A program made the position numbers and the translations under genes. A stretch of DNA of 64,000 bases from Planctomycetota bacterium (lineage in GTDB: Bacteria; Planctomycetota; UBA8108; SXIK01), in assembly GCA_965223265.1 (NCBI GenBank), contig OZ244999.1, forward strand, positions 3,904,001 through 3,968,000, written 5' to 3'. Below the pieces are notes generated by a model. That model had not been told where the DNA came from and made no database searches. It saw nothing but the letters and a program-made list of their open reading frames with translations. Below are positions 37,976-47,974 of the stretch, piece by piece (positions within the stretch are counted from its first letter, which is position 1; each line of letters starts with the position of its first letter).

Positions 37976-38695
37976 ATGTTCACAGGAATCGTCGAAGCCA
38001 AAGCCGAAGTGATCGAGTCTACGCGCGGCCGCGGCAGCCTGCAACTGACGGTTCGCCGCCAACGCGGAACGCAGCCGAAGGATCGCCAACACGACGTCGC
38101 GCTGGGCGAGAGCATCGCTGTAAGCGGTGTGTGCCTGACCGTCGTCGATTGCCGGGCGAGTCAAGAAAGTGACGATCTCCGCTTCGATGTCGTCGAGGAG
38201 TCACTCGCGAAAACCACCCTCGGCGCACTTCGCCGCGGCGGCTGGGTCAACCTCGAACGGTCGCTGCGAGTTGGCGATCTCATGGGTGGACACTACGTGA
38301 CTGGCCACGTCGACGGTGTCGGCAGAATCTCCGAGCGCCGACAAGAAGCCACTCAGGTTCTGTTCAAGATCGCCGCAGCGCCGGCACTGATCGACCAGAT
38401 GCTGCCGAAAGGATCGATCGCTGTGGACGGCATCAGTTTGACCCTGGTCGAGGTCGACCGGAAGAACAACTGGTTCAGCTTTGCCGCCATCCCGCACACT
38501 CTGCACGTCACGACACTTGGAAAGCGGCGGCCGGGCGAGGAGGTCAACCTCGAGACAGATGCATTCGGCAAGTGGGCTCTCCACGGACTTCGTTCGCTCA
38601 CGGGCGACGATTCTCGAGACGAAAGACTGCGGCGCCTTCTGGGCGTCGTCGGTAGACGTCAGGTCGACATAGGGCCGGACGCAGAGAACACGTAA
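37976..38695 (+). CDS. ribE: Riboflavin synthase (alpha chain)
   Basis: MFTGIVE N-terminus, SIAVSGVCLTV, VNLERSL, GGH.VTGHVDG, KGSIAVDGISLT. Confidence 0.95.
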   Translation: MFTGIVEAKAEVIESTRGRGSLQLTVRRQRGTQPKDRQHDVALGESIAVSGVCLTVVDCRASQESDDLRFDVVEESLAKTTLGALRRGGWVNLERSLRVGDLMGGHYVTGHVDGVGRISERRQEATQVLFKIAAAPALIDQMLPKGSIAVDGISLTLVEVDRKNNWFSFAAIPHTLHVTTLGKRRPGEEVNLETDAFGKWALHGLRSLTGDDSRDERLRRLLGVVGRRQVDIGPDAENT

Positions 38696-38789
38696 TGCAA
38701 AAAACGCCGGCGCCGTTCGAATCCACCGGCCTGCCTCTCACCGCGGAGCAGCCGCGTGCGGCGCGACTCAACTCAGCACAGTTGCGGCA

Positions 38790-39710
38790 ATGAAATACTC
38801 AAGGCGGTCGCCAGCCCAGCCCTCTCGGACTCGAATGCAATCCAAAGCCTTGGAATCCGCCGCCCGCCGGCTGCAGCCGGCGTTCGACTTTCACATTCAC
38901 TCGTCGTGCTCAGACGGTTGTCGATCCCCGTCTGAGCTGCGGCAGCTTGCCTGCGAAGCCGGGCTGACAGGGATCTCGATCACCGATCACGATACGCTCG
39001 ACGCGTACGGGCAGTGCAAACAACGTGTCGACGACGACGAAACCGCCGCGAGTGTCGATGCCCTACGGATCCTTCCTGGGGTCGAATTCAGCACTCGGGT
39101 GGACGACGAAGAGCTCCATATCCTCGGCTACTTCCCAGCGGGAATCTCGACGCCGCTGCACGACTACGTCGAGTCGATCCTCGAAGCTAGGAACGAACGG
39201 ATTCGAGAGGGACTGAGTCAACTGCGCCGCCGTGGCGTCTCGATCTCGCTGCGGGAGTGTCGCGAGCTGGCAGCCGGACGCGTCATCAGCCGCACCCACA
39301 TTGCACGGCTGTTAGTGCAGAAACGATACGTGAGCACCGAAAAACAAGCCTATCGTCACCTGCTCTCAAACGCGCATTTTCCCAAACCACATCCCAAGGC
39401 CGGCGACGTGATCCAAAAGATTTCCGCGCTCGGCGGCATCAGCATTTGGGCGCACCCTTTCACCTCTCAGATCGACCGCCATCTCGACCGCATGGTAGAC
39501 GACGGCATCGACGGCATCGAAATCGCGACCCCGTGGCGGCGCCCGAGCGATGCAGCGCTCTTGCGGGACCAGGCAGCGCGCCGCAGTCTTTTGACCACCG
39601 CAGGATCGGACTGGCATACGCTGCGAGGTAACTGTGAGTTGGGGGACTTTCGTGCCAGTGCGGCTGAGGTGGGGGAGTTCCTCGAACGCATCGGCTGGGA
39701 GGCCTCCTGA
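38790..39710 (+). CDS. PHP-domain phosphoesterase (TrpH/YciV-like)
   Basis: DFHIHS..SDG, ITDHDT, GVEFS, HILGY, WAHP, GSDWH; alternative start at 38835. Confidence 0.9.
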   Translation: MKYSRRSPAQPSRTRMQSKALESAARRLQPAFDFHIHSSCSDGCRSPSELRQLACEAGLTGISITDHDTLDAYGQCKQRVDDDETAASVDALRILPGVEFSTRVDDEELHILGYFPAGISTPLHDYVESILEARNERIREGLSQLRRRGVSISLRECRELAAGRVISRTHIARLLVQKRYVSTEKQAYRHLLSNAHFPKPHPKAGDVIQKISALGGISIWAHPFTSQIDRHLDRMVDDGIDGIEIATPWRRPSDAALLRDQAARRSLLTTAGSDWHTLRGNCELGDFRASAAEVGEFLERIGWEAS

Positions 39711-41284
39711 TGGCGGCAGCAGAAACAGAAGGAGTTCGCGGTGTTCTCGGCGTAGTCGGCGGCCGTGAGGACGAGGTCGAGCGCCAGCTCGAACTGGCAG
39801 GCCACGAGTCGTCGCTCAGCTCCATTGAAGTGCGTGCCGATCTCTGTGAATCTCATGAGGCGGCGCTGGCGATTGTCCGCAAGGTTCAGTCGCGCTTCGC
39901 AGTTTTGTTCACGCTAAGAACCAAAGCCCAAGGCGGCGCCTATAGCGGCGATGAGTCGGCGCGCCTCGGGACGTTCGAAGCCGCACTCAAGGCGGGCGCC
40001 GCCGCGGTGGACGCCGAGTGGGGAACACAAGTGGCGACGCGCCTGGCGGTCGCGGGCCGACCGGTCGTCATCTCGCATCACGACTTCAACGGCATGATGG
40101 GCGTCGGCGAGATCGCCCGGTTGACGCGCGAAGCAAGCGCCTTGCGCCCTGTCGCGCTGAAGTTCGTCCCCACGGCCCAGCAGCCTCTCGACAGCGTCCG
40201 TATGCTCGAGTGGGTCGGTGCGGCCGAACGTGGTGATCCGCAGCGGGTCGGCTTTGCCATGGGGCCTTACGGAGTCGCTAGTCGTATCCTCGCCGTCGCC
40301 GCGGGAGCGCCATGGACCTACGGCTCGATCACACAAAGCGTGGCTCCGGGCCAGGTGAGCATGCGAGAGATGCTCCGTCTCTACCGCGCTCACGAGCTCG
40401 CCAAGGACGTCCAGGTGCTCGGCGTTGTGGGACGGCCTGTAGGCCACTCCTTGTCACCACACATGCACAATCCAGCACTGCAGGCGCGGGACTTGAATTA
40501 CGTCTACTTGCCGCTCGAGCTTCGCGAACTGGCCGACATCAATGACCTCGTGACGCCACTGCGCGTGCGGGGCGTCAGCGTGACGATTCCGTTCAAGGAA
40601 GACGCGTTTCGCTTGGCAACAGAACTCGACGACGCCTCCAGAGCCGCAGGCGCGACAAATACACTCGTCTTCGCGCCCCATGCAATCGCGCCACATCACG
40701 GCGCGAAAGTAGCGCCCAACGAGAGCGCAGTAGCGATGCAGGCGCGCGGCTTCAACACCGACGCCAGAGGCGTCGTCGATCCGCTGCTCCGACGCGGCGT
40801 CGCCCTGAAGACATGCTCGGTCGCCATCATCGGCAATGGCGGTGCCGCGCGCGGCGCTGTCGGCGCGCTCAAGGCTTACGGGGCGAGCTGCACCATCTAC
40901 GCTCGCAACCCCGAGCGTGGGGCGACCGTGGCGCGCGACTTAGGCGTTACAGCGAGACCGCTGGAAGAGCTCCGGGGTCAACCGCACGACCATGACCTGC
41001 TGGTCAATGCAACCCCGCTTGGCCTGAACGCCGGAGATCCATCGCCCGTACCACGGGCGGCATTCAACGAACACGTCATCGCGTTCGACATGATTTACGG
41101 TTCGGCGCGGACACCGTTTCTCGAGGCGGCAGAGGCAGGCGGGGCAACAGAACTCATCACCGGGCGTGAGATGCTCATCTGCCAAGGGATCGCGCAGTTT
41201 CAATACTTCACCGGCGAACGCGCCTCGTACGAAGAGTTCGAGGCTGGTTTTGACGCTGGGCAGGCGAATCGTTCCCGGGCGTGA
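39710..41284 (+). CDS. aroDE: Bifunctional type I 3-dehydroquinate dehydratase / shikimate dehydrogenase
   Basis: N-half E.R.D, T.R, SHHDF, APGQ; C-half HSLSP.MHN, SVTIPFK, NT, NTD, GNGGAA, NATPLG. Confidence 0.9.
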   Translation: MAAAETEGVRGVLGVVGGREDEVERQLELAGHESSLSSIEVRADLCESHEAALAIVRKVQSRFAVLFTLRTKAQGGAYSGDESARLGTFEAALKAGAAAVDAEWGTQVATRLAVAGRPVVISHHDFNGMMGVGEIARLTREASALRPVALKFVPTAQQPLDSVRMLEWVGAAERGDPQRVGFAMGPYGVASRILAVAAGAPWTYGSITQSVAPGQVSMREMLRLYRAHELAKDVQVLGVVGRPVGHSLSPHMHNPALQARDLNYVYLPLELRELADINDLVTPLRVRGVSVTIPFKEDAFRLATELDDASRAAGATNTLVFAPHAIAPHHGAKVAPNESAVAMQARGFNTDARGVVDPLLRRGVALKTCSVAIIGNGGAARGAVGALKAYGASCTIYARNPERGATVARDLGVTARPLEELRGQPHDHDLLVNATPLGLNAGDPSPVPRAAFNEHVIAFDMIYGSARTPFLEAAEAGGATELITGREMLICQGIAQFQYFTGERASYEEFEAGFDAGQANRSRA

Positions 41285-41717
41285 TCCGGGGACTGCCCTC
41301 TCGACACCCAAACGGCGACGACGTCCACCGCGAGGCCGTTCCACTCGTGTTTCGCCAACCCGAAGGCCAAATGAGGGTAAGCGGAAGACTGAGGTCCCCC
41401 ACCGCGGCCCGATAATGACTATTATGATGAGTTAATGATGGATCCAGGCCCGCGTCGACGAACGAGGGCCAAAAGAAAGCCTCTGCGATTCAAAAACGTT
41501 GATCGAGGAGGTCAGCCCCGCAGAGCAGGCTTGCGGGAGGATGCACCGAAAAAGCCACAAGTTTGAGCTACCGCGTTCCGATACACAGGACGTTAGCTTT
41601 TTCGGCCTGTTTGAGGTATAGAGCTGACTCAATCGGATTGGTTTGCGTCCGAGGCCGTTCGCCCTCGGCAGCGGACGCGCGACAGTTCTTTACCACAATT
41701 CCCTTGTGGAGGATTTC

Positions 41718-42047
41718 ATGCGTATCTTGAAAATTGCCGTCGTTCTCCTCGTGGGCGCCGGCTTCGTCGGCTGCAGCATCAGCCCACACATCGGTCCGGG
41801 TGGCGGCGGAATCTTCTCGGATTTCCACGTCCCCGCGATCTACGACAGCGTCAACCAGGTGGGCCCGGGAAGCAAGAACGGTTCGTCCGAACTGACGTCG
41901 TACTTGGGCCTCGTCAATCTCGGCGATGCCAGTATCTACACGGCCGCGAATAACGGCGGCATCTCAGAGATCAAAACAGTTGATCACCACTACACGAGCA
42001 TCCTCGGCATCGTTCAGACCTGGAAGACGAACGTCACCGGCGAATAG
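41718..42047 (+). CDS. TRL-like family small lipoprotein
   Basis: GGAGG RBS, FVGC lipobox, K.G.S....LGLV..GDASI..AA..GGI..I..VD.....ILG pattern. Confidence 0.8.
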   Translation: MRILKIAVVLLVGAGFVGCSISPHIGPGGGGIFSDFHVPAIYDSVNQVGPGSKNGSSELTSYLGLVNLGDASIYTAANNGGISEIKTVDHHYTSILGIVQTWKTNVTGE

Positions 42048-42093
42048 CTCACCGGACGTTCAACCTTTCTTCGTCTGAAGGGCGATCGAACTG

Positions 42094-42133
42094 AAACGAG
42101 ATCAAGGCATCGGCTTTGGTCTCGTTTTTTTTT
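42094..42133 (+). terminator. Intrinsic terminator after the TRL-like gene
   Basis: AAACGAGATCAAGGC / GCTTTGGTCTCGTTT stem ending in a T9 run. Confidence 0.8.
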
Positions 42134-42639
42134 GCGCCGTTAGCTCGCGTTTAGCCGTTTCGCCTCGCTGTTCGCTCCGCACCGACGCCAGGGCGCGGTG
42201 AGGCGAAAACGAGCGCCCCCGGCGCGTCGAGGCCAACGAGCGGCCCAGGCGCGCGATCGCGCTGCGATCGATCGCAGCGTCCGAAGGCGGCAGACATCGG
42301 CACTCTTGGCACTCCTGAACAGGCGGCACCGGGCTCTTCTAAGCCGAGTGTGCGCTCGAAAGGCGACGCGGGCGCGAGCACCGTTCGCGGCCACACAACG
42401 CGTTACAGACGCCTCCCCCAACGACATGAGTGGACCGCTGCGTTTTGACCACCTCGCCTGTCGACGCCCACACGGTTCCTCGCAGACGAACGGCGACATG
42501 CGAATCCGCGCCGCCGCCGAATCAGAGGTCTGACAACTTGAGCTCGAAGAAAAATTCGCGACGTCAAAACACCGTCGACTGCGAAGGGGAGACGCCGAAG
42601 AAAAAAGAGCAGATGATGTCCCGGCCAAATGTCCGAGAT

Positions 42640-42792
42640 AAAAGAAGGGCGTCCCGGGCACGAATGCCCGGGACGATACGGAGGGTAAGAATGCGGGTCG
42701 CCCTAGTCAGGAACTAGGGCAGAAGGATATGGGGTATGGGGTCTATTTGTAGATGCGGTAACGGCTCACTCTCTTCTAAGAGCCAGCACCGC
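42640..42792 (-). ncRNA. Candidate C-rich small RNA (RNA-C, at least 150 nt)
   Basis: In a 1.2-kb region with no credible CDS: hairpins at 42755-42792 and 42700-42720, C-rich linkers, and a perfect 11-bp UUCG-loop stem (42650-42675) followed by CCCUUCUUUU. Confidence 0.5.
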
Positions 42793-43269
42793 GGCTCAGC
42801 ACCGGTTCGGCACGAGAATCGGCGGAAACGATAGAGGCGTCCCCTCCCCACCTCCACCGCTCGCGCCGTACCGATACACCGAGCGTTCATTCGCTTGCTC
42901 TCCCCTTCAACACGCGAGCACCTCTTCATGTGCGCCGCGCTGGCCACTGCCGGACCTGGACCTCAGCGTGTGACCAGTTTGCAGTTTCGATCTTCTCTTC
43001 GGATTACCGGTCACTTCTGTTTCTGCTCTGCATATCGACAAGAACGCATCGCGACTTGAGACTTTTTTCAAAAAAAGTTCGAGCACCCACGCCACACAGC
43101 ACGGCGGTCGTTGTGTGAACGCGTCGTTCTCTCCGAATCGATCGCTCGTGGCAGGTCCGAGCTCGACGCGGAAAAGCGCTTGCCCTTGAAAACCGCTCAT
43201 GACACCTTTGGTGTCTCTGCGCTTTTTCGTCAGCCTCGTCTGAACTACGTGATCCGAAAGGAGCCCACG

Positions 43270-45312
43270 ATGCAGGCTAGTCGAGTGCGTTACGCTCTCT
43301 TTGCGCCGTGCCTTCTCGTCTGCGGCCTCTGGGCGGACGACAACCTGCCTAACCGCGATGACATTGCCACGTTGTTGGCGCAGCCAGTTCTTCCAGCAGG
43401 TCGTTCGCTGGAGGAAATTCGTGAATTCGCAAGGCCGAGAGTCCCCGTCATGTCGGCCTTCGGTTCGATCGACGAATGGACGGCTCGAGCCGAGCAGATT
43501 CGTCGAGACATGCTGGAGCGCGTGGTCTTCCGAGGCGACGCGAAGAAGTGGCGATCGGCACCAACGCAAGTTGCCTGGCTGGACTCGATCGAGGGTGGTC
43601 CAGGTTACACGATTCGCCGCTTGAGATATGAGGCGCTGCCCGGAATGTGGCTCCCCGCTCTAGTTTACCTCCCCACCTCTCTCGAGGGACGTGTGCCCGT
43701 TGTCCTGAACGTCAACGGCCACGAAACGAAGCTCGGCAAGGCGATCGCCTACAAGCAAATCCGCTGCATCAATCTAGCCAAGCGAGGAATGATCGCGTTC
43801 AATCCGGAGTGGCTGGGCATGGGGCAACTGAACCACGCGGACAATTCCCACTACCGTGCGAAGCAGTTGGACCTCTGTGGGTACAGCGGGTTAGCACCGT
43901 TCTACCTCGCGCTTGAAAAAGGGCTCGACGTGGCATTGTCTCTCGAAAATGCCGACCCCAAGCGCGTCGCCGTCGCCGGACTTTCAGGTGGCGGCTGGCA
44001 GACGGTCTTCCTCAGCTCACTCGACGAACGCGTGACGCTCGCCAATCCTGTCGCAGGGTACTCGAGCCTGCTCACGCGCATCGACGTGCCGGCAGATCTG
44101 GGAGATCCAGAACAAATGCCCACGGAGATGGCAACCGTAGCGGACTATTGCCATCTCACCGCCTTGATCGCTCCGCGACCGACGCTGTTGACTTACAACG
44201 AGTTCGATCAATGCTGTTTTGCAGCCGACGACGTGCTGCCGAAACTGCTTCAGGCTGCCGAGCCGGTCTATCAGCTCTTCGGCAAACGCTCCTCTCTGCG
44301 CACTCACGTCAACTACATCCCCGGTGACCACAACTTTGGACTCGACAACCGCTTGCAGCTCTATCGATTCCTACGCGATCACTTTTTCTCGGGGGAAGTG
44401 AGTGTTCCGCTCGAGGAGATCTCCTCTGAGGGCGAATTGAAGACGGCCGATGAGTTAGAGATTCCGCTGCCTCGCGAGAACCTCACATTCAATTCCTTGG
44501 CGAAACGACTGGCTGCCGACCTGCCGAAGCTCCCAGCTTTACCGACCTCGAGAGCTGCGGTTGCGGCATGGCAGACAGCTCGGCGCGCCCAACTGGCCGA
44601 ACTCGTGCGATGGTCCCGTGGCCAGATCGAGGCAAAGCCGGTCGGCCACGCGCGCACGGATGTCGCGCACTCGATCCGCTGGCAGTTGAAGTTCGGTTCG
44701 ACTTGGACCATACCAGCGACTGAACTGGGCGGTGGCAGCGCCGAGTCGACAGTGCTCCTCATGGCGGATCAAGGTCGCAAGACGACTGCAGCCCAGGTGG
44801 CGACGCTTCTCTCGATGGGGCACCGCGTCATCGCGCTGGATCCACTCTTCATCGGTGAGTCCGTTCCTGGCGAGAAGGCCCCACTTCTCAGTCTCCTGCT
44901 GTCATGCGTCGGCTCGCGTCCCCTTGGCGTTCAGGCGAGTCAAGTTGGCGGTATCGCACGGTGGGCCCGAAAAGACGCCGATCACCCAGTCTACATCCAC
45001 GCCAACGGACCGCGCACGTCGCTCGTGGCGCTGGTCGCTGCCGCACTAGAACCTACAGCGATCGCTGGGTTGAGTCTGAAACAATCGCTCGGAAGTTTGA
45101 AAGACACCATCGAGCAGAACTTGTCAGTCACGCAGGCCCCCGAGCTTTTCTGCTTCGGGCTGCTCGAACATTTCGACATCAAACAACTGACGGCCCTGGT
45201 CGCACCAAGGAAAGTCAAATTCGACTCACCGAGCAATCGTGTGCGCCGCGACCTGGCCGGCTTGGCAAAGTTTTACGGTTTGAACGGCGTCGATTTTGAT
45301 CCCGTTCGATAG
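43270..45312 (+). CDS. Secreted alpha/beta-hydrolase (acetylxylan esterase-like, duplicated fold)
   Basis: Signal peptide, P.VL...GH, GLSGGG nucleophile elbow, APRP, DQCC, GDHN. Confidence 0.82.
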   Translation: MQASRVRYALFAPCLLVCGLWADDNLPNRDDIATLLAQPVLPAGRSLEEIREFARPRVPVMSAFGSIDEWTARAEQIRRDMLERVVFRGDAKKWRSAPTQVAWLDSIEGGPGYTIRRLRYEALPGMWLPALVYLPTSLEGRVPVVLNVNGHETKLGKAIAYKQIRCINLAKRGMIAFNPEWLGMGQLNHADNSHYRAKQLDLCGYSGLAPFYLALEKGLDVALSLENADPKRVAVAGLSGGGWQTVFLSSLDERVTLANPVAGYSSLLTRIDVPADLGDPEQMPTEMATVADYCHLTALIAPRPTLLTYNEFDQCCFAADDVLPKLLQAAEPVYQLFGKRSSLRTHVNYIPGDHNFGLDNRLQLYRFLRDHFFSGEVSVPLEEISSEGELKTADELEIPLPRENLTFNSLAKRLAADLPKLPALPTSRAAVAAWQTARRAQLAELVRWSRGQIEAKPVGHARTDVAHSIRWQLKFGSTWTIPATELGGGSAESTVLLMADQGRKTTAAQVATLLSMGHRVIALDPLFIGESVPGEKAPLLSLLLSCVGSRPLGVQASQVGGIARWARKDADHPVYIHANGPRTSLVALVAAALEPTAIAGLSLKQSLGSLKDTIEQNLSVTQAPELFCFGLLEHFDIKQLTALVAPRKVKFDSPSNRVRRDLAGLAKFYGLNGVDFDPVR

Positions 45313-45381
45313 CCGACAGCCCTGACCCAAACAGGTCCTTCCGTCCGATGGGTGGGGCGAGTCTCGAAGTGAGCGCGCTCG

Positions 45382-45873
45382 TTACGGCGACACGCGCGTC
45401 AAGCCGTCGCTTGCATCCAGGCGGCGCCCATTCATCATGCCCCACAGATCGACCCGCCAGCCTTCGTCCTCCCAAACAAAGAGGACGTACGCCTCGAAGC
45501 GCAGCCGTTCATGCTTGCCCTGCACGTAGACACGCGCTCTCTCATCAAACTCTTCGGGCTCGGCGCGGCGATGCAGCGCGCCGACGATCAAATCGTACAG
45601 CGGCAAACCTGAAACCGGGTCTTCCCAATACTTGATCCCAAGCCCGAGAAGCCTCGAGCCTGTGATCTGCAGGCGATCACGAGACTCCTTGGAAATACTC
45701 TCGTAGACGTAGTCCCACTGCTCAGTCTCGACCGCGTAAACAAAACTGCTCAACGCCTCGCGGACGTACTCGCGGCTGAAGTACTTCTCGGCCGGCGGCG
45801 CGTTCGTGCAGCACCCCCCCAAGACTCCTAGAGCGAGTACGAACATCGTTCGCACGGCGGTTTGGCCCGTCAT
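45382..45873 (-). CDS. Hypothetical lipoprotein
   Basis: LGGC lipobox; NTF2-like ending E..GWRV; co-oriented with its neighbours. Confidence 0.7.
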   Translation of the reverse strand: MTGQTAVRTMFVLALGVLGGCCTNAPPAEKYFSREYVREALSSFVYAVETEQWDYVYESISKESRDRLQITGSRLLGLGIKYWEDPVSGLPLYDLIVGALHRRAEPEEFDERARVYVQGKHERLRFEAYVLFVWEDEGWRVDLWGMMNGRRLDASDGLTRVSP

Positions 45874-45900
45874 AGTCCCCCTCTGCGCGCGCCCTTCGCG

Positions 45901-46413
45901 CTATCGATCCTGCGGCGCGAATTCGTTCAGGTTTGTGCTCGTCACGATCGGGCCGACGCTACGAATCTCGCCGTCGCGCACCAGCTCCCAAAGCTGCACG
46001 TCGCCGGTACGTCGGTTGCACACCCAGACGATACTGTGCCAATTGCGATCGCTTAGAACATAACTCGTATCTTCGGGCGGGAACGCCCGCTGATCGATAC
46101 GCGCCACTCTCGATTTCTGTACAGTCATGAACTCATTGTTGATGAACTCGTAGTTCACCATGCGCCCGCTGTCTCGATTGACGACCCAAACCGTGCGGCG
46201 CGACGGAAGAAACAGATAGTCTCCGTCGCCCAGATCATTGAGCGCCTGGGCATTGAGCGACGGGAAGAGAAGGCTCGAAAGTTCACTGTGATACGGGCCC
46301 GCCGCACGATCGGAGTCGACGTAACGCGTCACCGCGTGGCCAGCGAGAAAAACGCCCAGCAGAACGCCCCAGAGACCGATTCGACGCCAGCGGAGTCCAC
46401 TCAAACTTTCCAT
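45901..46413 (-). CDS. Hypothetical membrane-anchored protein with internal duplication
   Basis: N-terminal TM; VWVVNRDSG and VWVCNRRTG repeats. Confidence 0.7.
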   Translation of the reverse strand: MESLSGLRWRRIGLWGVLLGVFLAGHAVTRYVDSDRAAGPYHSELSSLLFPSLNAQALNDLGDGDYLFLPSRRTVWVVNRDSGRMVNYEFINNEFMTVQKSRVARIDQRAFPPEDTSYVLSDRNWHSIVWVCNRRTGDVQLWELVRDGEIRSVGPIVTSTNLNEFAPQDR

Positions 46414-47039
46414 TCCTCACCGTCCTCATCATCGTCTTCGATTTCATCGTCGAAACAACCGAGATCACCGAGAAACGATTGTTCTTCTTCGTCTCCCTCA
46501 GGGCAGAAATCGAAGTCCATTTCGTCGATCGTTTGCGAGAACGCTCCTTCGGCGAGAACGCCCCCACCCAATTGGCCAGAACTCAATGACCCCTCGACGT
46601 CGTCGGCGATGTTCGTCACGTCTGGCACGCGCTCAAAAACCTCGCTGGTGACGAAGAGGTCGACCTTGTTCTTCAGCGCCATAACGAAACAATCGCTGGG
46701 ACGCGCGTCGATCCGCACCTCGTTACGCTTTGAGCTAAGCTCGCCCCCATTCTCCTCCATCGGTTGGGAAAGTATCAGCGTGGCGCAAAAGGTGTTCTCG
46801 ATGATGCTTGAGATGATCACTTGCTTGATCTTGACGTCGAACCCCAAAAAGACGTTCTGAATCAACTCATGCGTCAAGGGTCGAGCTGGAACCTCTTTGT
46901 TGATCTCACGGATGAGAGCGGCGGCCTCGTAAAAGCCGATAAAAATAACGAAGGTCTTCTTGTCGTTGCCGAGAAGCACGGCGGCACCACTCGGCGTTGG
47001 ACCGATAATTCGTTTGATTTTGACCTTCTCTAAGTCCAC
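46401..47039 (-). CDS. Bifunctional nuclease (DUF151/BFN) family protein
   Basis: IFIG..EA, RPLTHEL, F.A.L, IDARPSD; acidic tail. Confidence 0.9.
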   Translation of the reverse strand: MDLEKVKIKRIIGPTPSGAAVLLGNDKKTFVIFIGFYEAAALIREINKEVPARPLTHELIQNVFLGFDVKIKQVIISSIIENTFCATLILSQPMEENGGELSSKRNEVRIDARPSDCFVMALKNKVDLFVTSEVFERVPDVTNIADDVEGSLSSGQLGGGVLAEGAFSQTIDEMDFDFCPEGDEEEQSFLGDLGCFDDEIEDDDEDGEEWKV

Positions 47040-47310
47040 GGGTGCTTCAATTCCGTCTTTTCGTGGCTGTTTCCGTGCGCTGCGGTGAAATCCGCTCGCG
47101 CGCCAGGTCCCCTCGACTGCACGTTCTAGGTTCCGCTGACCCGCGTCAGCTGCAGTTGCATCGGTTGAAAGTGACGTCGAACCTTAATTCCAGTTAACAG
47201 CCTGCCTGAAAAAGTGCTTCTCAGTCAGGGCGAACGCCACTGCGGTCGAAGATCTCCGCACGTCGTGTTTCGGGCAGACTGCGAACAGATTAACGCCGGT
47301 CGCTGGGCGA

Positions 47311-47736
47311 TTACCACCCTAACTGCTCGAACGTGTCTCCAAGCTGCTCGAAGGAGGTCTCGCCGATAAAGATCGATTGCATATCCTCCAGCACCTCGCC
47401 TGGCCCACTTTCCATGTGGAGCAGTGTCTTCGTCGACCACATGAACTCGTTGACCTGAAATCGAAACGACGTACCGGGAAAGCTCCCGCAACCGCTGAGA
47501 CCAAGAAGAGCGGCGATGACTCCAACGCCGAGCACGGCGCGCGAACCAAGCAGGATCCGACGCACCCGGGCGCGGGCCTGATCCCGACGGAAGAGCAGCC
47601 AGAGCGCGGCGAACGCGCTGTAGACGCCCTCCCACAGCACCGAAGCGACCAGCAAGGGAGCACTGATCCAGAACCCACACCACCGGGGCAGCCAACCATT
47701 TCGTTTTCCGGTAACGTTCGGCGCTAAGCTCTTCAT
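47311..47736 (-). CDS. Hypothetical membrane protein
   Basis: Two hydrophobic segments and an internal LSGC; best ORF in the gap. Confidence 0.5.
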   Translation of the reverse strand: MKSLAPNVTGKRNGWLPRWCGFWISAPLLVASVLWEGVYSAFAALWLLFRRDQARARVRRILLGSRAVLGVGVIAALLGLSGCGSFPGTSFRFQVNEFMWSTKTLLHMESGPGEVLEDMQSIFIGETSFEQLGDTFEQLGW

Positions 47737-47974
47737 GGCAAAATCGGTCTTGAACTCGCCTGACAAAATCAGCGGCAATGAGTCGTCCTGCGAAAGCTAA
47801 ATACCTACGGGAGCAAACGTTAAAACCGCTGACAACCTGCCGGCGTGATCAGCTGATTTGCTCTTGCTCCCGTTCACATCCTTCGGCAAGAATCTCCCTT
47901 CTCGTGGAATGAGTCTACTGCACACCCCAGGCATTCACAAGTTTAGCGGTGCCGACGGGGCTGCCCGCGTAGCG

